Positions 13,201 to 26,423 of a stretch of DNA of 64,000 nt are shown here, piece after piece (the first letter of the stretch is position 1; the number at the start of each line of letters is the position of its first letter). The notes below the pieces were generated by a model that had not been told where the DNA came from, did not search any database, and worked only from the letters and a program-made list of their open reading frames with translations. The position numbers and the translations under genes were made by a program. The stretch is from Tubulanus polymorphus (Eukaryota; Animalia; Nemertea), in NCBI RefSeq assembly GCF_964204645.1, contig NC_134028.1:22378345-22442344 (forward strand), in the 5' to 3' direction.

Positions 13201-16200
13201 TTGCCATGCAACTAAACCAACTTTTTGGTAACCTTAATATCTTAGAAAATCAAACAACCCAATTTGTTTAATTCATCAAAATAGGCTTAGATGTATATGT
13301 ATTGCTAACCACTTGTTATATATTATCAAGAAAATTTAAATTTTATGTTGTTTTATAAAGATTGTTGACTTATTTTATTGTCTCCCTCTATATACCGTGG
13401 ACGTGGCTGGAGTGTAAATAAATCCCATGGTTCTCATTGAAGCCTCCGCTGATTTTGAATAATGAAAAATGCTCGGGAAAAACTGAGCAGATTATTCGAC
13501 AAAGTAATGCAGAAAAAAATAATACTGTTCAGGGCCCAGTTTCACAAAAGGTTCATCTCTAAAATCGGTTTAATTTCTTTGTAAATTCAGTTTAACTTAA
13601 ATCGATTTAGGCCTTTATCTCTTTTGTAAAATGGGGCCCTGGTGAATAGATTTCAAGTATACAGATCAATGCGTTGAACATTCTAAACATTTCAATTTGA
13701 TAAATCTAGTCCTAAAACTGCGACCGCTATATACAGAGTAACACGTAACCGCCCACCAACCACCCACCCACCACCCGCAACCTACCACCCCGCACCCGAT
13801 GTATCTCACCGAGATTAATACCGCCGCCTATGATCCGTTGTCATTCGTATTTAATAGACTGAAGGCACTCGTCGGGTTTGTTCAAGTATTATCGAGAATG
13901 GAGATTGCGTTTCAGCGCGCGAGACTCGTTGCCCCCATAGAGAAGCGTTTGAAGAATACGAATGTACGTTTACGCCATATGCCGATGACACAACGCAATA
14001 AACCAACTCGGAGCTTTATTTGAATTTCGCGCAGTCACATCCACTCAACAGAGCTGTGTAAATATTCGACGAATGCACGGTTTCTTTTTTAATCAGGATA
14101 TTATACCGTATTAGAGCGAAGCCGAGCTCTATTTGCACCAATCCGGTTTGATTCCATTACAATGCCAGTGCGGGAACCTGATCTTCTTATCCGAGCACTT
14201 AGCGGAGATGAAAGTATGGCCATCTCTTCGATATCGAAGGACGAACTATCCAGGTCAGGACCGCGATAAAAGCTGAAAAGATTTGAACCATCGTAAAATT
14301 ATCAAAAGCTCTGAATTTCCGGTTTTTAACTCATTCTGGACCCAGTTCCGCGGTGTGAGTTACGATTTGACTCAACGTTAAACAACTCTTTGTAAATGAA
14401 CTGATTTAAACTCAAGAGTTAACTAATTGAATAGCACAATAACCACAATCGGGGTGAACGGATAATAAGATAAACCTACTATGTACAAATTACAGAATTT
14501 TGAAATCGAGAATTTAAAGAAAAAAATATCAAATATAAAACACACGTCGTTTCGATCTCAACGTCGTGTATTTCATATTTTAGACCTTTTGAATAAATAA
14601 ATATCTTTTAGTTTGTACATAGTGGATTTTTATCTTAACTCATTGAAAATGAACTGAATTCAACTCAGAGTTAACTCTAACTCGCAACTTAAGAACCGGC
14701 TCCATGGGTGTTTTAGTTGATTATCGTTGATTTGCATGAAGTTGATTCAATCTTTATCGAAATGTTAAAGAAACTTGCTTTACTGCCAGCGATTACCCGG
14801 CGGATACTCGCATGCCACTGTCGGGTGCCACAATAGTATTGTACAGAGCAAAACCGATGTTTGAACTATACACCAGCAAAGAGATGGATGCGACAAAGTA
14901 CTTGCCTGCTTTAGGGACGTAGATAGGGGAGGGAGAGGGAGATGGAGAGGGAGAGGGAGAGGGAGATGGAGAGGGAGAGGGAGAGGGAGAGGGAGAGGGA
15001 GAGGGAGAGGGAGAGGGAGAGGGAGAGGGAGAGGGAGAGGGAGAGGGCAAAGACAAATTCTCGGATTGGACGAAAGCAGCACTAGCTAATTGTTGGACAT
15101 GAATATTAGATTATTATTTATTATTATTATTCTTTATTTACGAATTAAATTACATTAGAAAATTACAGATAATAATATGGTAATGTATATAATATAAGTC
15201 GATGAGTCCAGAAGATACACACTATCCGTGTAAGATGGATGACGAGAGAAATCCTACAATGATTCAGTCAAAGATGAACAATTCTTGAATTGAAGAGACT
15301 TTATTTTGAGCAACGTTTCGGCAAAACACTACAAGCCATCATCAGGCGTACTGAGAAACAAAATGAAATGAAAGAATATTCATGCAAGAATTAGACAATA
15401 GGATACAGATTAAAGGATTAAGATTAAAGTAATTAAACAACAAAAACTAGAGACCAAAAAGAGTGATACGAAAAACTAGGGGTAATCTATAATGCGAATG
15501 ATGAATTTTTCATTTTTGACTGAATCATTATGGGATTACTCTCGTCATGAATATTAGATGTTATATTCTTTTGAGCAATAGCTAACTGTTGGTCATGAAT
15601 ATCAGATACTTCTCTTCTCTCGCGGTAACGATTTCGTCCGGTTTGCTTCATATCCATTATGTATGCAAATGTCTCTTCCACCTGATTAGCGGTAATTTCG
15701 ATGGATACGACGTCTTGGTCGCGCGGGTTCCGGTGCAGGTCACATCCGACGCCTCTATTGGCACATTTCGCCATCCCTCGCACGGCGCCGAGCACGCGCC
15801 GAGCGAATTTCGAAAGCGATATCGCGATTTATCGTCGAATAAACCGCCACAAAATTGGGCAATAACCGAGTCGCAGGTAATCAGCCGAATACACGAGCGA
15901 TGTAAGTAAACGGACGTTGAGACAATAAACGGTAGGTTGAAAACGGCTAGTGTGATTTGCGAACGGTTCTGATGGGACGAATTGACAGCTTATAGGCGGC
16001 AGTCATTAGGGTTTATGGACGTTATTTGTGAAGTAATCACGGTGACCCACATAGCGATGGTAGCCGGAATCCGCAGTTTGATCACGATGACGACTTTGAT
16101 GATAGCGATATGTGAACCGCTGTTTACAAATTCGAATAAAATTGAATGATAATCCACGCTGGCTGTGCACGGGCGGATCCAGGGGCAAACATCGACAGGA

Positions 16201-19200
16201 ACACAGAGAAATGAAAAGGGCATATAAGTTAAACGGGTAATTCCACGTAGATCGAGCGCCAAGCCAGAATTCCTGTGCATTTGCTAGGTACTTGAGGGAC
16301 GTTAACGAGAATATAAGCTGAATCTTGCGCTGCAGACCGCTGTTCTTTAAGTGGAAAAAGTGCCCTGAAAAATGTTGCCATTATATTTTCAAAAGGGCAC
16401 TGTTAAACTGCGATGGGAGCACGTGCTCTTAGTGCACCAGCCTGGGTGAGCCTCTGCTGTTGTCTCAATGAAAGTCTGAAACATAACACGTTACAGTTTA
16501 ATGATAAACTCGTTGTTCAAGGAATACGCTATTTGATCATCATAAACAGCACAATAGTTCGGTTTTCTTTCGGAAAAAATTAACCTCTTCACAAATTCGG
16601 CTTCGGGGTTTTAGATTTTGTCACTATTTGTCTTATGATACAATATACGTTTCACATCTTTTGATGTTTAATCGTTAATTATTCGCACCTACCCCGAAAC
16701 GATGCGAAACACCGTGAATTAAATCGTCGCCGAATAATCGGATTTGCGCAGAACGTGGAGTTGTCCTTTTTTTCGAACGGAAAATGCGCGGCGGTTTCGC
16801 CCCGGCGAATCGATATACACCGTACAGCGATTAGGCACGATTTCAATTTAGCGTTGAGAACGGCGCAGTCTCTCTCCCTCTCATCCCCCGCCCCCTCTGT
16901 CTCTCTCTCTTACTCTGATGATGCGCATTCGGATATCTTCGGCTGTAAATTGTGCTGTGATAAACTGACTGACAAAGCTATCGAATTTACTCGATAACTA
17001 CTCATACCGCTGTTAAAATGCCACTGCTTGATAAACTGAGAATCTCGTAATGTTGGAGTGTAGGACAGATGATGGATATATGCAACAAACGTCATTTTGC
17101 TGTCAATCTTACCCGTCTCTACAATCCCCTAAAACACTTGATAATAATAATAATTATTATTATTGTTATTGTTAAAATTGTCATTTGTACAGCGGTAGGT
17201 AGAGAGAGGCAATGAGGATAAGTGTCTTGCCCAAGGACACTACGGTAAAGTGCGGGGTTCGAACCTACGAACTGGCTCCTCACACTCGAACGCTGTAACC
17301 ACTCGCTGGAAACTTGACGGCTTAGCAATATTACGCTTTCTTTATGAAGTGAAGTCCCTTCCTCGATTCGTCGAGCTCTTCTTGCGCTGATATTCGGACA
17401 GTATTTCTGCGACGATGAGTCAGTCATACGCGTATAGAACTAGCCGGCAATAAGGCTGAGAAAATTGATACCTGGTTTCTCATTTCTGCTGAGATTAAAA
17501 GTTGACCAGGCAGCCGCCTATCTACCTTGTACAATGCTTTTTAATATCATTTCAAGCTAACTAAACAGGTCCGGTAGCTATAGAAAACACTGATTCAAAA
17601 TTGTGCAGCTTACAAAATGACCCGGCCGATTAGGAGAAACAAGGTATCATTTTATATCAGCATAATTTGGCACGATTCCTGATTCTATGTTTTATGTACC
17701 GTTGAAAAAAATGCAGTTGCGTGTATAGAGCGTATTACGGTATATTGGCCCTTTTCGTTTTCTGGCGTCTGTAACAAGATTGCGCGATCGTAACGTCGGC
17801 GGTGGCGAGTTACCCTGAATAGTCGTGTACACCGACAGTATGCTAACTCGGTTAAATGATTTCTCCTTTATTTACGGAACGAAATGGCGACAAATTGACT
17901 TTTACAGCGAAACGCAACCGGGCTATTCGATCCGCCTCGGGGGAACGCCGATATTCACCGCTTCAGATGGCCGTCGACGATTCACGCGATCAAGAAATGT
18001 ATTCGCGGCTTGAGTGGTTTTTTATTGGTTTTTGAAAGGATTTTAGCGATTTTTACACCGCGATTTCTGGTATTTTCAAAAGGCACCGTTCACCGTTTCG
18101 GCGGACAGCGCGACAGACACAATTCCGAATCGACGCTAATGGAGCGTTTTATACTGGATTCGCAGCCCGCGGATCTTAAAGGCCAAATAAATAATGCGTT
18201 TCGAAAAAAAGAATGCGCAAAAGAAAGTCGTTTATTGACCGTAAATGAATGGCTTTGAAGTGGCTTTCGCGGCAAATCGAAAATTGTTCATCTCAGCAGT
18301 GGCAGCTCTGTTGACATAGTTCTTATTTCCGGGCGTTCTCGACGATATGACGACGGCCGCGTCGAAACAATGGCGGCGATACACGGCATGAAGAGCATGC
18401 CGAACTGGCTGTTTTTTCCCCGGCTATCTACTTGATGGTCGGGTTTTCTTTCGCGCAGCCGGCATACTAATCGCGCTAAAACGTCTTGCTAAATGCGTTT
18501 AGTATGATTGGCGCGACAGATTGCTCCGGTGTTTGATGACGTTGTCCGCCGATACGCAGCGAGGCGACCATAACAACTTCATAATTCCGAACCGGATTCG
18601 ACGAATTCCCGCCGGACAATACCGACTCTGATAGCGAACTGTACCGTCTGCTAAAAAGATTGTGAGCAAAATATGTATAGATAAAGCACGCCTTAGAATG
18701 TAATAATGCCTTACATTGGTGAGATATACTGCGTGGAGTATGGAGCCATTTATTTTGATATAGTGTGTAAATTATTGTTATCACCATTTACCATATCTAT
18801 AATAAAAAACTGCCCTGAGACATTTACATAAAACATTTATCGCACGATAAAGGTGGAATTAGTTAACCATAAGCTCGAATATAAAGATAGGTTTTAAGAG
18901 CTCCGATCTAGAATGGTTCGAATTTTCAATATCAAGCTCGTCGCTTGAAGAAACACGTGGCCGCAATGTCTCGATAGACGAGGAAATGTCTGAACGGGAC
19001 ATTCGTTAGCGCATCGGTGACTCATGCTGATAAGAACAGAATTTTCAGCGAAGCTATACGAGCAAACATATAGAGAATCATACGCTAATAAAACGGTTGA
19101 TAAAGTCCGAAAAGTTTTTCTTTCAGCTACCAATTTATTCATCCGATGTTTCGACTATATGCTAATAGTCATCTTTAGGAATCCTAATAGTTGTCTTCCT

Positions 19201-22200
19201 TAAGATGACTATTAGGATATAGTCGAAACATCGGATAAATAAATCTATAGCTGAATGAAGAACTTTTCGGACTTTATCTTCCGTTTCATTAAGTGTAGGA
19301 TTCTGTATGTATCGTCACAACACGGAATAGTCTTTCATCGACTGGTTAACTAAGATCAAACGTATCTTTACCAGAAAAAAATTGATTCAGTTTCAGGCTG
19401 AAATGAGTTGAGGCACTTAACACAGCTCTGAAAGTGATGACAAACTCATTCCGACCTGCTCATTCTTAAAAGTTCTCATTACTCGAGCTGAAACCTATAC
19501 GATCCTCGTCGTAAACCGATGTTCAATTCTCCGGCAGCGAAACGCACCGGTCAATATTGACTCGATAAACGAAGCCGATATTTTCGCGAGTGGATTTCTA
19601 GTTCTTCTCAACCGCGTCGGGCGAAGAACCGCGCGCAATCTAAATGTTAATAGGAAAAATTCTCGTGAGTGGGCGAGTGACGGTTGCGACCAACACAACG
19701 AATCGTAAAAACGATAAAAACCGAAGCGTATATTCAATGCTCGTAAATACTGAACTGAAATACATTCGACTTTACAAAGGATTTGATAGACGCAAAGATG
19801 TATAATACATGAGGAATCTATCGTTAAAGCGACGTGGTAGTCAATTAGCATGTATATATGTAATCTGAACTTCACGCGGATGTGAACAACTGGCGAACAG
19901 TATCGTGACTTTTAATTTCCTTTTATATAATTGAACGTATGATGCGTATGAACCGTCGCAACCGCGAAGAAAATGAAGGCGCTACAGTTGCCGAGTGGTT
20001 TGGGCCGTCGGTTACAGGGTACGTGGGTTCGAATCCTGGCTGCGGTGGGAGACTTTCGGGTCAACTCTTTCTTGTTTTGCGGTTTCTCTGGGTTAGGAAA
20101 GATTGAAAATGTAATTAACCGAAAAACCAACGTATATTTGAAGTTGTTTGAAAGTGTGACAATCTTTGTGGTTGGTCGTAGTTTCACCGTGTCGGCCATC
20201 ATCGACTCGGCATCCTACATGACAGGGATTCGAACCCAATGGTATCGCGATACCTTGCCACGGTACAATACCCGCAAGAATAAAAATCGTGTAAGATGAA
20301 GACGTTAAAATGAATCACTTGAAAAAAACGAAAATTTGAAATTGTTTTTGATCTTTTTTATTGTAGAAACTGATGACGACACGAGCCGGGTGACCGGGCG
20401 GGGTTATCAGAAACTGTGCCAGAAAGAAAAAGCCGACAAACCCGCGACGGAAACTGACGATGACGATGAAAGCCAGTGCAGCGATAGTGAAGATTCCGAA
20501 TGTGACGACGACTGCGACAGCGACTGCGGTAAGTGACTCTACTTTGCATAAATCGCAAGCCTCGTCCAATCATCAGCCGTGACCTCAATAGTCTGAGTGA
20601 ATATCTTATAAGCTTAGCGTATAGAAAACAATTGAAGAAAACGATCTAAACTAGCCAAACGTCATGAGTATACCTCGTCAGTATAAACTCTGATAATCCT
20701 ATTACCTGCATCAGGATGTACCCTGCCCGCCGCTGGAACATTGACAACCTCTCTCGCTAACAATCAATAGATTTAGTCCAGGACACATCACCGTTAACAC
20801 CCTCATTATCAAGAGAAGCGAATCCTTACCCCTGTTAGGACTCTTTCTTACTCAGATCTTTGACGAGTTTAGCGTAAGAAAACCTTATACCAAACTTATA
20901 CCAAACGAGTCGATGGATCAGGTTTGTTTTGTTGGAAAAACAGTTGAATACGTGTAATTTGGTATTCTAGACACCAGTCTGTTCGGAGTCGATGTTATAA
21001 TGCAATTGAGCGTTCCTTGATTGAAATTTCAAATTGAATTCAACGCAATAAATTGCTAACCATAAATCAAAAATAAAAGACGAAGAATTTGCAGAAGCGA
21101 TTCGATTATTCTGCAGAGTGTCTGCGTTAGGCGAATGTCATTCTATTGCCGTGGAAACTTTGGCAGTTTGACATTTTCAATGAATACCTCAACAATTCGT
21201 GCCGTCGTCAGATTCATGAGGCGTGAGTCGAAAAAAACACGATTTTTCGAAGCGAATTGTGACGGCGAGACTTGATATCTTGATAAAAAGACGTCGCAAT
21301 TGAAAAATGAAGATATTTTTCGTAAACAGGACAGGACCCGCGGATGCCAGACGTGATTTATCAATTAAACTTGTCTAAGTTCATGAGATTGGTCTTAAGG
21401 TGTGATATTGGCTACCAGGAGCGGATCCAGAGGCCAATTCCAAAAAGTTATTTTTCTAAGAACTTGTCAAGTCTTAGAAAGCCATTTTGATGTTGAAAAA
21501 AGGCAATATTAGGCGCACCTCGGACTAAAATGCACCAATTATCTTTGTTGACGAAACGAAAAAAAGATGGACTTGTACTGTACTAGTCTCTTTCAAGGGC
21601 CCTGTGTCCACTCCCAACCCTAGGCAATACTGGGTTTCAATCGAAGCCGTTTAACTGTGCAATTACTGACCCAGCCGCAGGTCATCGTCGTATCAGTATG
21701 TTTTTATTCTCGTTTAACCGAGGGAACGTTTTGACAAAATGGAAACATCATAAAATCTAAATTGAAAAATTGACATATTGGTTACTCGCTCTTCCGCATT
21801 CGATATCTATTACATTTCGATTAATTTTTCCATTTACAATGGGGAACCCGCAACACCAGCTATCCCGCCAGATGGCGTGACGAGTCTTCCGTTGTCAAAA
21901 GTAGTTCATTTTTAATGAACTTTGAAATGTATCTTTAGACTCCCAAATCCATATATTATCACGGGCACCTACCGAAAATACAATACATTCATTCCTCTAC
22001 TCAAATATCGGTATAGTTTTCATTAATAATCGATTCATGTAAGAGAAAAGTTTATTCAGTTTTAGTTGAGATTTAGAAGAAATCGAACGCGGTAGACCGA
22101 CTTTCTACTAGCGACACCTGGTAGATCAACGCCTGCCATACGCGGAATCCTCGAATGCTACAGTAATGGGGCAGGTACCCAATAACCTTTTCTCGGATGT

Positions 22201-23683
22201 AGGTGAAAACGTAGAATATTCAACTCTTTGTTTCATGTCATAGAGGGAACAGTTCTAACAGAGATAATCCAGTTCTAAAATAATTAAAAACTAAAACAAA
22301 ACTAATTCTATTAATAAAAGCAATACACAACAAAGGTTTATTACTCTCTGACCAAGTATTGGTATGTAAAAGATACAATATTTCGTATCAGAACATACAG
22401 ATTGAAACATAATCAGATCAAATGAGTTATAGTCACGTCATCTAGCGGTGTACAGCGATATAAAGGAGTACGGCTTACTCATTACTGACAAAACCAGATT
22501 TGACTAGGTACGTGGTTATGAGAATACCTTGTAGTCACTAAGACAGTTGGGATTTCCGCTCGTCCTTAATGAAATAGTGGGAATTTTTCCTTGCAAAATT
22601 GATTGAATAGTTGTCGCGTAGAGCTGGTAGAAAGTTGATTAATTAAAAGTCGGTTTTCAGCTTCGGTTTCCCGGCCGCGCGCCGCGTTCATTTCGAGATT
22701 GAATAATGCACCGGTGATGCAGCCTAAACGAGAGAACGCGTTTAATTCGTCGAATTGACAGGAAATCCCTCTCTTGGTGACGAGAAGGAAGTGTCTCTTC
22801 TTTTCCGCGGTGGCGAAATTGCTTCGCGGCTTTTACGAAAAGTAATCACGCGACAACCTCCTGGATCAATGCGCCTAGCAGTTATCCGCGAAAAGCAGCG
22901 ACTCTTTCATCGCGGCGAAAAAAGCGTAACTCATTTTTAGAAGGATTTTTTCACGCGCTTCAAAGCCCGAATTCGGTCCCGCATTTACGAAGGTGCATTA
23001 TCATCAAAGCTCGGATGAACGCCGGTGGAAATAGGAGGAACTCTACAGGACGGAACAACACCGACACAATGACGCGATTTTAATTTTTTCACTAACCGCA
23101 AAAATGAGACGTATAATTTCCTTATTGGCTGATTATGACGTCACGGCAATGCCGCGCAACTCGCGACAATGACCTAAAACTTGGACATTTTATTCGCGCA
23201 CTGGTTCGGTTCGGTCAGAGTTTCATCCCGTATAGCGGAATCATAAGATTCGAGTCCCTGGGAACCGGTTGCCGAAGAGATCCGAGAGTCTTATCACGAA
23301 GTATCGGGGCAAGTCATTGAGAAAAGGGCATCCATAGCAGCGCCCTTTAACCTAACCCCTTTCACGATACCCTATTTGAAGAAGTGTCTTAATACAAACT
23401 GAAACTCGAAAAGATTTAATCGTCTCACGGGCGTCTCCTAACACCTCTTAGATCCGAATGGTTTTACGAAAATCCGGGTACAAATGATGTGCTCTACTAT
23501 TCCCAGTTTTGCGGGCCTTTTGTGAATCGAAAAAATAATCTCGTCGTTGATCACGATTTTCAATGATTATTTTCAGATTGGAGCGATGACGATGACGATG
23601 ACGATCAGGAGAACTCGAGCGATTACGATTCAAGCGGCGAAGAACGCGAATCTACCGATGACGAACGCGAGTGCCTGCTATGA
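10223..23683 (+). CDS. 3' part of an unidentified spliced gene with an acidic C-terminus (exons 10223-10285, 20367-20528, 23577-23683)
   Basis: Each exon has a pyrimidine tract plus AG. The first two end in GTAGGT and GTAAGT and are symmetric phase 1. Joined translation is open: [110 protein letters not shown]. The 5' exons were not located. Confidence 0.6.
10362..12634. mobile_element. Host repeat (TTAA-flanked, possibly Kolobok-like) split by the foldback element
   Basis: Ends TTTAAGCGAC...GTCGCTTAAA. Segments 10455-10540 and 12465-12510 both match one continuous reverse-strand copy at ~21836-22175. Confidence 0.6.
10554..12316. mobile_element. Foldback / long-TIR non-autonomous DNA transposon (~580-bp arms, ~600-bp spacer)
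   Basis: 10554-11133 is the reverse complement of 11736-12316 with few mismatches (AATAAACCATTTTACAGTTGCTAGCCGCCATTTTG...). This explains the mirror ORFs 10993+ and 11882-. Confidence 0.93.
13530..13642. mobile_element. Harbinger-like MITE
   Basis: CAG-GGCCCAGTTTCACAAAAG...CTTTTGTAAAATGGGGCC-CTG, with CWG flanks. Confidence 0.7.
14460..14640. mobile_element. Palindromic Penelope-like remnant, family H2, between pieces of MITE family B
   Basis: AAGATAAACCTACTATGTACAAA...TTTGTACATAGTGGATTTTTATCTT inverted arms; centre CGTTTCGATCTCA. Related copy at 35530-35715. Confidence 0.6.
14929..15047. repeat. (GAGAGG)n microsatellite
   Basis: Direct reading; explains the PL- and PS-repeat ORFs. Confidence 0.98.
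15310..15347 (-). ncRNA. Minimal type I hammerhead ribozyme in a Penelope-like 3' end (family H3)
   Basis: Minus strand reads gc-CTGATGA-t-GGC-ttgtagtgtttt-GCC-GAAA-CG-TT-gc, with all core nucleotides present. It is preceded by a T-rich tract and followed by AATAAA and a tail ending ACACGGATAGT. Helix I is only ~2 bp. Confidence 0.7.
17140..17312 (-). mobile_element. tRNA-derived CORE-type SINE
   Basis: Minus strand: A-box-like CGAGTGG, B box GGTTCGAACCC, CORE-like GTGTCCTTGGGCAAGACACTTATCCTCATTGCCTC, then a (ATT)n tail. Confidence 0.75.
19065..19345. mobile_element. Inverted-pair Penelope-like element, family H1, with two degenerate hammerhead motifs
   Basis: ~115-bp inverted arms; hammerhead-like motifs at 19141-19182 (-) and 19195-19236 (+); unpaired tail TCGTCACAACACGGAATAGT on the right. 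Confidence 0.75.
19978..20050 (+). pseudogene. tRNA-derived pseudogene or SINE head
   Basis: A box TTGCCGAGTGG and B box GGTTCGAATCC at tRNA-like spacing, but no proper acceptor stem or anticodon arm. Confidence 0.55.
21836..22175 (-). repeat. Uninterrupted copy of the repeat split at 10362-12634
   Basis: AACCCGCAACACCAGC.ATCCC and AATCGAACGC..AGACCGA..CTACTAGCGA..CGCCTGCCATACG..AATCCTCGAATGC are reverse complements of the two flanks of the foldback element. Confidence 0.75.
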
Positions 23684-23719
23684 TCGCGTGGTAGTAATAA
23701 AGAAACTCCTCAAATACGA

Positions 23720-23950
23720 AGAAAAAAAGAGAGTCCGAAAAGGTTTCCTTTATAGTCAATGATTCATTATCGATGTCGCGACTAAATCTCGAAAGTCCTC
23801 TCCGCTCGGTATTCACGAAGATGACTATTAGGATATAGTCGAAATGTCGAAGATGAATCATTAACTAAAAAGTAAACCTTAGCGGGCTCTTTTTTTCTGG
23901 GTGCAGGATTTTCTACGTTACCGTCGCAGCACGGACTCGGAACGTTTCCT
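23720..23950. mobile_element. Family H1 inverted element (degenerate)
   Basis: attcACGAAGAtGACTATtaggatATAGTCGAAATGTCgaag at 23811-23852; decayed left arm; tail CGTCGCAGCACGGA. Confidence 0.65.
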
Positions 23951-24774
23951 AAAATGACGATCGTCGTACAACGCGTGTAGTGTAAGAGTCAGTGACGTCA
24001 TTCTATCGTTATCGATCTGTCGGCGCCTGAAGCGGATGTTCGTTGTATTTTACTTGTTGTGACGCCATTTTTGTCCGGGCCGAGTATAGCGATCATTGCG
24101 CGCGCCCAACACGACGAACATACGATTTCAAGTCATACCCGATCTTTAAGTCGTCGGTTCAAAAATCGGGTGTTGTCGTCTTGCGAGTGATAAAACGCCA
24201 ATCTACAAATCGCAGCACCCAGTTAAGTTCCGACTCGGAGAGTTAACTCGTCGAAAATGAGAACTCGGAGTTTACTCAACTTACAACTGTGTAACTGTAT
24301 CCAGGAGATAATTCAATTACCTGTGTTGCATAAACGCGCTGTTGCTCTAATGTGGCTTCAGTGTGCTGATAGCGCTGGCTGACACCATTATACGCCGTTT
24401 CCCCGGCCGGACGGAGAAAATATCCGTTTAGAAAACTGAGTCAGTCAGTCAGTCAGTTAGTTAGTCAGTTAGTTAGTCACCCTATCGATCATTCCGCGTT
24501 GATATAAGCACAGTCGCCGGCGTCGTTCGCAACTATGCTACAGACTCCCCTTTAATTTCACGCTCCGTAAACCGATTAATTGGCGAAATATAAATGATGC
24601 TGCCACCTTTGAAAATTGATCGTCGAATTGAGAATCTCTTAGAATTGTCCACGTATATACATACAACGCAGTCAAAAAATCGGGCTAGGATATGTCACGT
24701 GATGTGAATGCGCAAGTCACGTTTTAGTGATGAGGATATTTTTGAAAGTTTGATCACGAAGACGAAAAGTTGAA

Positions 24775-24900
24775 GCTGGTGTCCGGGGCTGGTGCCCGGG
24801 TTGGTGGTGTCGGGGGCTGGTGTCCGGGGATGGTGCAATGTCTGGTGTCCCAGCTGGTGCCCGGGCTGGTTGTTTCTGAGGCTGGTGCCCGGTCTGGTGT
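24775..24900. repeat. GC-rich minisatellite (GCTGGTG(T/C)CC units)
   Basis: Repeated GCTGGTGTCC / GCTGGTGCCC. Confidence 0.75.
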
Positions 24901-25324
24901 CGAGCCAAGTTCTACGAAGCCAGTGAAAAATGGAATTCGCCTTACTCGGTAACGTTGAGACTGTAAATATAAATATATGCTTTTGGTCGTCTGGATACCG
25001 AGTAAAACATCTAGGATATACAGTCAAACTTAAGTCGTCATCGTTTTAATCGTCACATGAAATAATTCTTCGCTTTTTTTGAGTCGGAATTTATATTTTC
25101 GATTCAATTTACTAAGCCTAATTCGTCTTGGATAAGTTGTCAACGTAATAATCATCGCAGCTGCAACGACTTTGATGACAAGCGAGTTTGATTAAAAGAA
25201 AAACGTTTTTCTATGAATGAATTCCAGTACAATTCATCGAATGACTTTATTGGTTAACCGAGTTCGGCCGCGGACACATAGTTGATCAGGGAAATGATTA
25301 TACATAAACTTAAGCGATTGGTGA

Positions 25325-25610
25325 AATACTATATCCGTGTTGTGGCGACGATTTAAAGCGAATCCCACTATGATAACGAAAAAATGAAGTCCGAAAATGT
25401 TTCCTTGAGCTAGTGTAGTTTATTCGACTTTTCGACTATGTACTTATAATCATCTTCAGGAATACTGGGACCTCCTTATATTTCATCATTATATGTCGTA
25501 ACTCAGTTTTCCTGAATATGACTTTTAGAGCATAGTCGAAACGTCGAATTAACTAAACTACCTCAAGGAAACTTTTCAAGGAAATTTTATCGTTAATATT
25601 GTTGAATTTC
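25325..25610. mobile_element. Family H1 inverted element with the best-preserved hammerhead motifs
   Basis: 25422-25463 (-): attc-CTGAAGA-t-GATTAT-aagtac-ATAGTC-GAAA-AG-TC-gaat. 25508-25549 (+): tttc-CTGAATA-t-GACTTT-tagagc-ATAGTC-GAAA-CG-TC-gaat. Tail on the left (ACTATATCCGTGTTGTGGCGACGA). Confidence 0.75.
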
Positions 25611-26423
25611 GCATTACGAACTTCACCGAATACCGGGTACTAATAAAGCGGTTAATCGAGTTGATCGGCACCGACTGATTCGTCGAAAACGGTTGAAAAA
25701 AAAAAACGTAAGATCAGACGTGTCAATTTGCTGATATAAAATGTCAACAGATATCTTTCGAGGAAATTTGCTTCCTATCAAATAAAACGATTTATTCGCC
25801 GCGGTTATGATAGTTTGCGTTGCTTGTTGAGAATTTGTGTAACTTGTCTTATGTAAATATTAATTGGCGCGACGTTGCAAAACATGTAAATACATACATA
25901 TATATAGATATATATATATATACACATTATATCTACGAAAAGAAAAGTATATTATGAATGTGTAACGAAATCATGAATAAAAATGACAGTATTCGTTATG
26001 GTTAATTTTTCGGGTTTTTAATGATCGTTGCGCCCTCTTTTGCGTTATTTCGAAGTATTTTGTTGTCCCTATATGGAAGTTCGGCTGATATTACGCGTAC
26101 TCGGAACCCGCAACAGAGAATCGACTCTGCTAAATCTTAGATGTAGATAAGTGGAGCAAAATGAACTGCTCGTTGCTTGACGACTGTAAGACGACGATAG
26201 ACGCTAAACAGATTCCTCCAATTCGGCTGCCTTTTCGGCGATGTTTGCTGAACAACTGAAACCCAAGGCAACCAAAAAAACAAATCGAGCTATAGATGGT
26301 CAAAGGAAATAGAAAAGAACAAATGGACGATCGACTTTACACCGACACATATAGAATATATGGACCAAACCTTAAAATAAATTACGTAATAATCTAAAGA
26401 AAATTCATAGTCAGTTACGTTTA

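Noticed and set aside
23669-23683. C-terminal CAAX prenylation motif
   Set aside because: The sequence ends RECLL*, so Cys is at -3, not -4.
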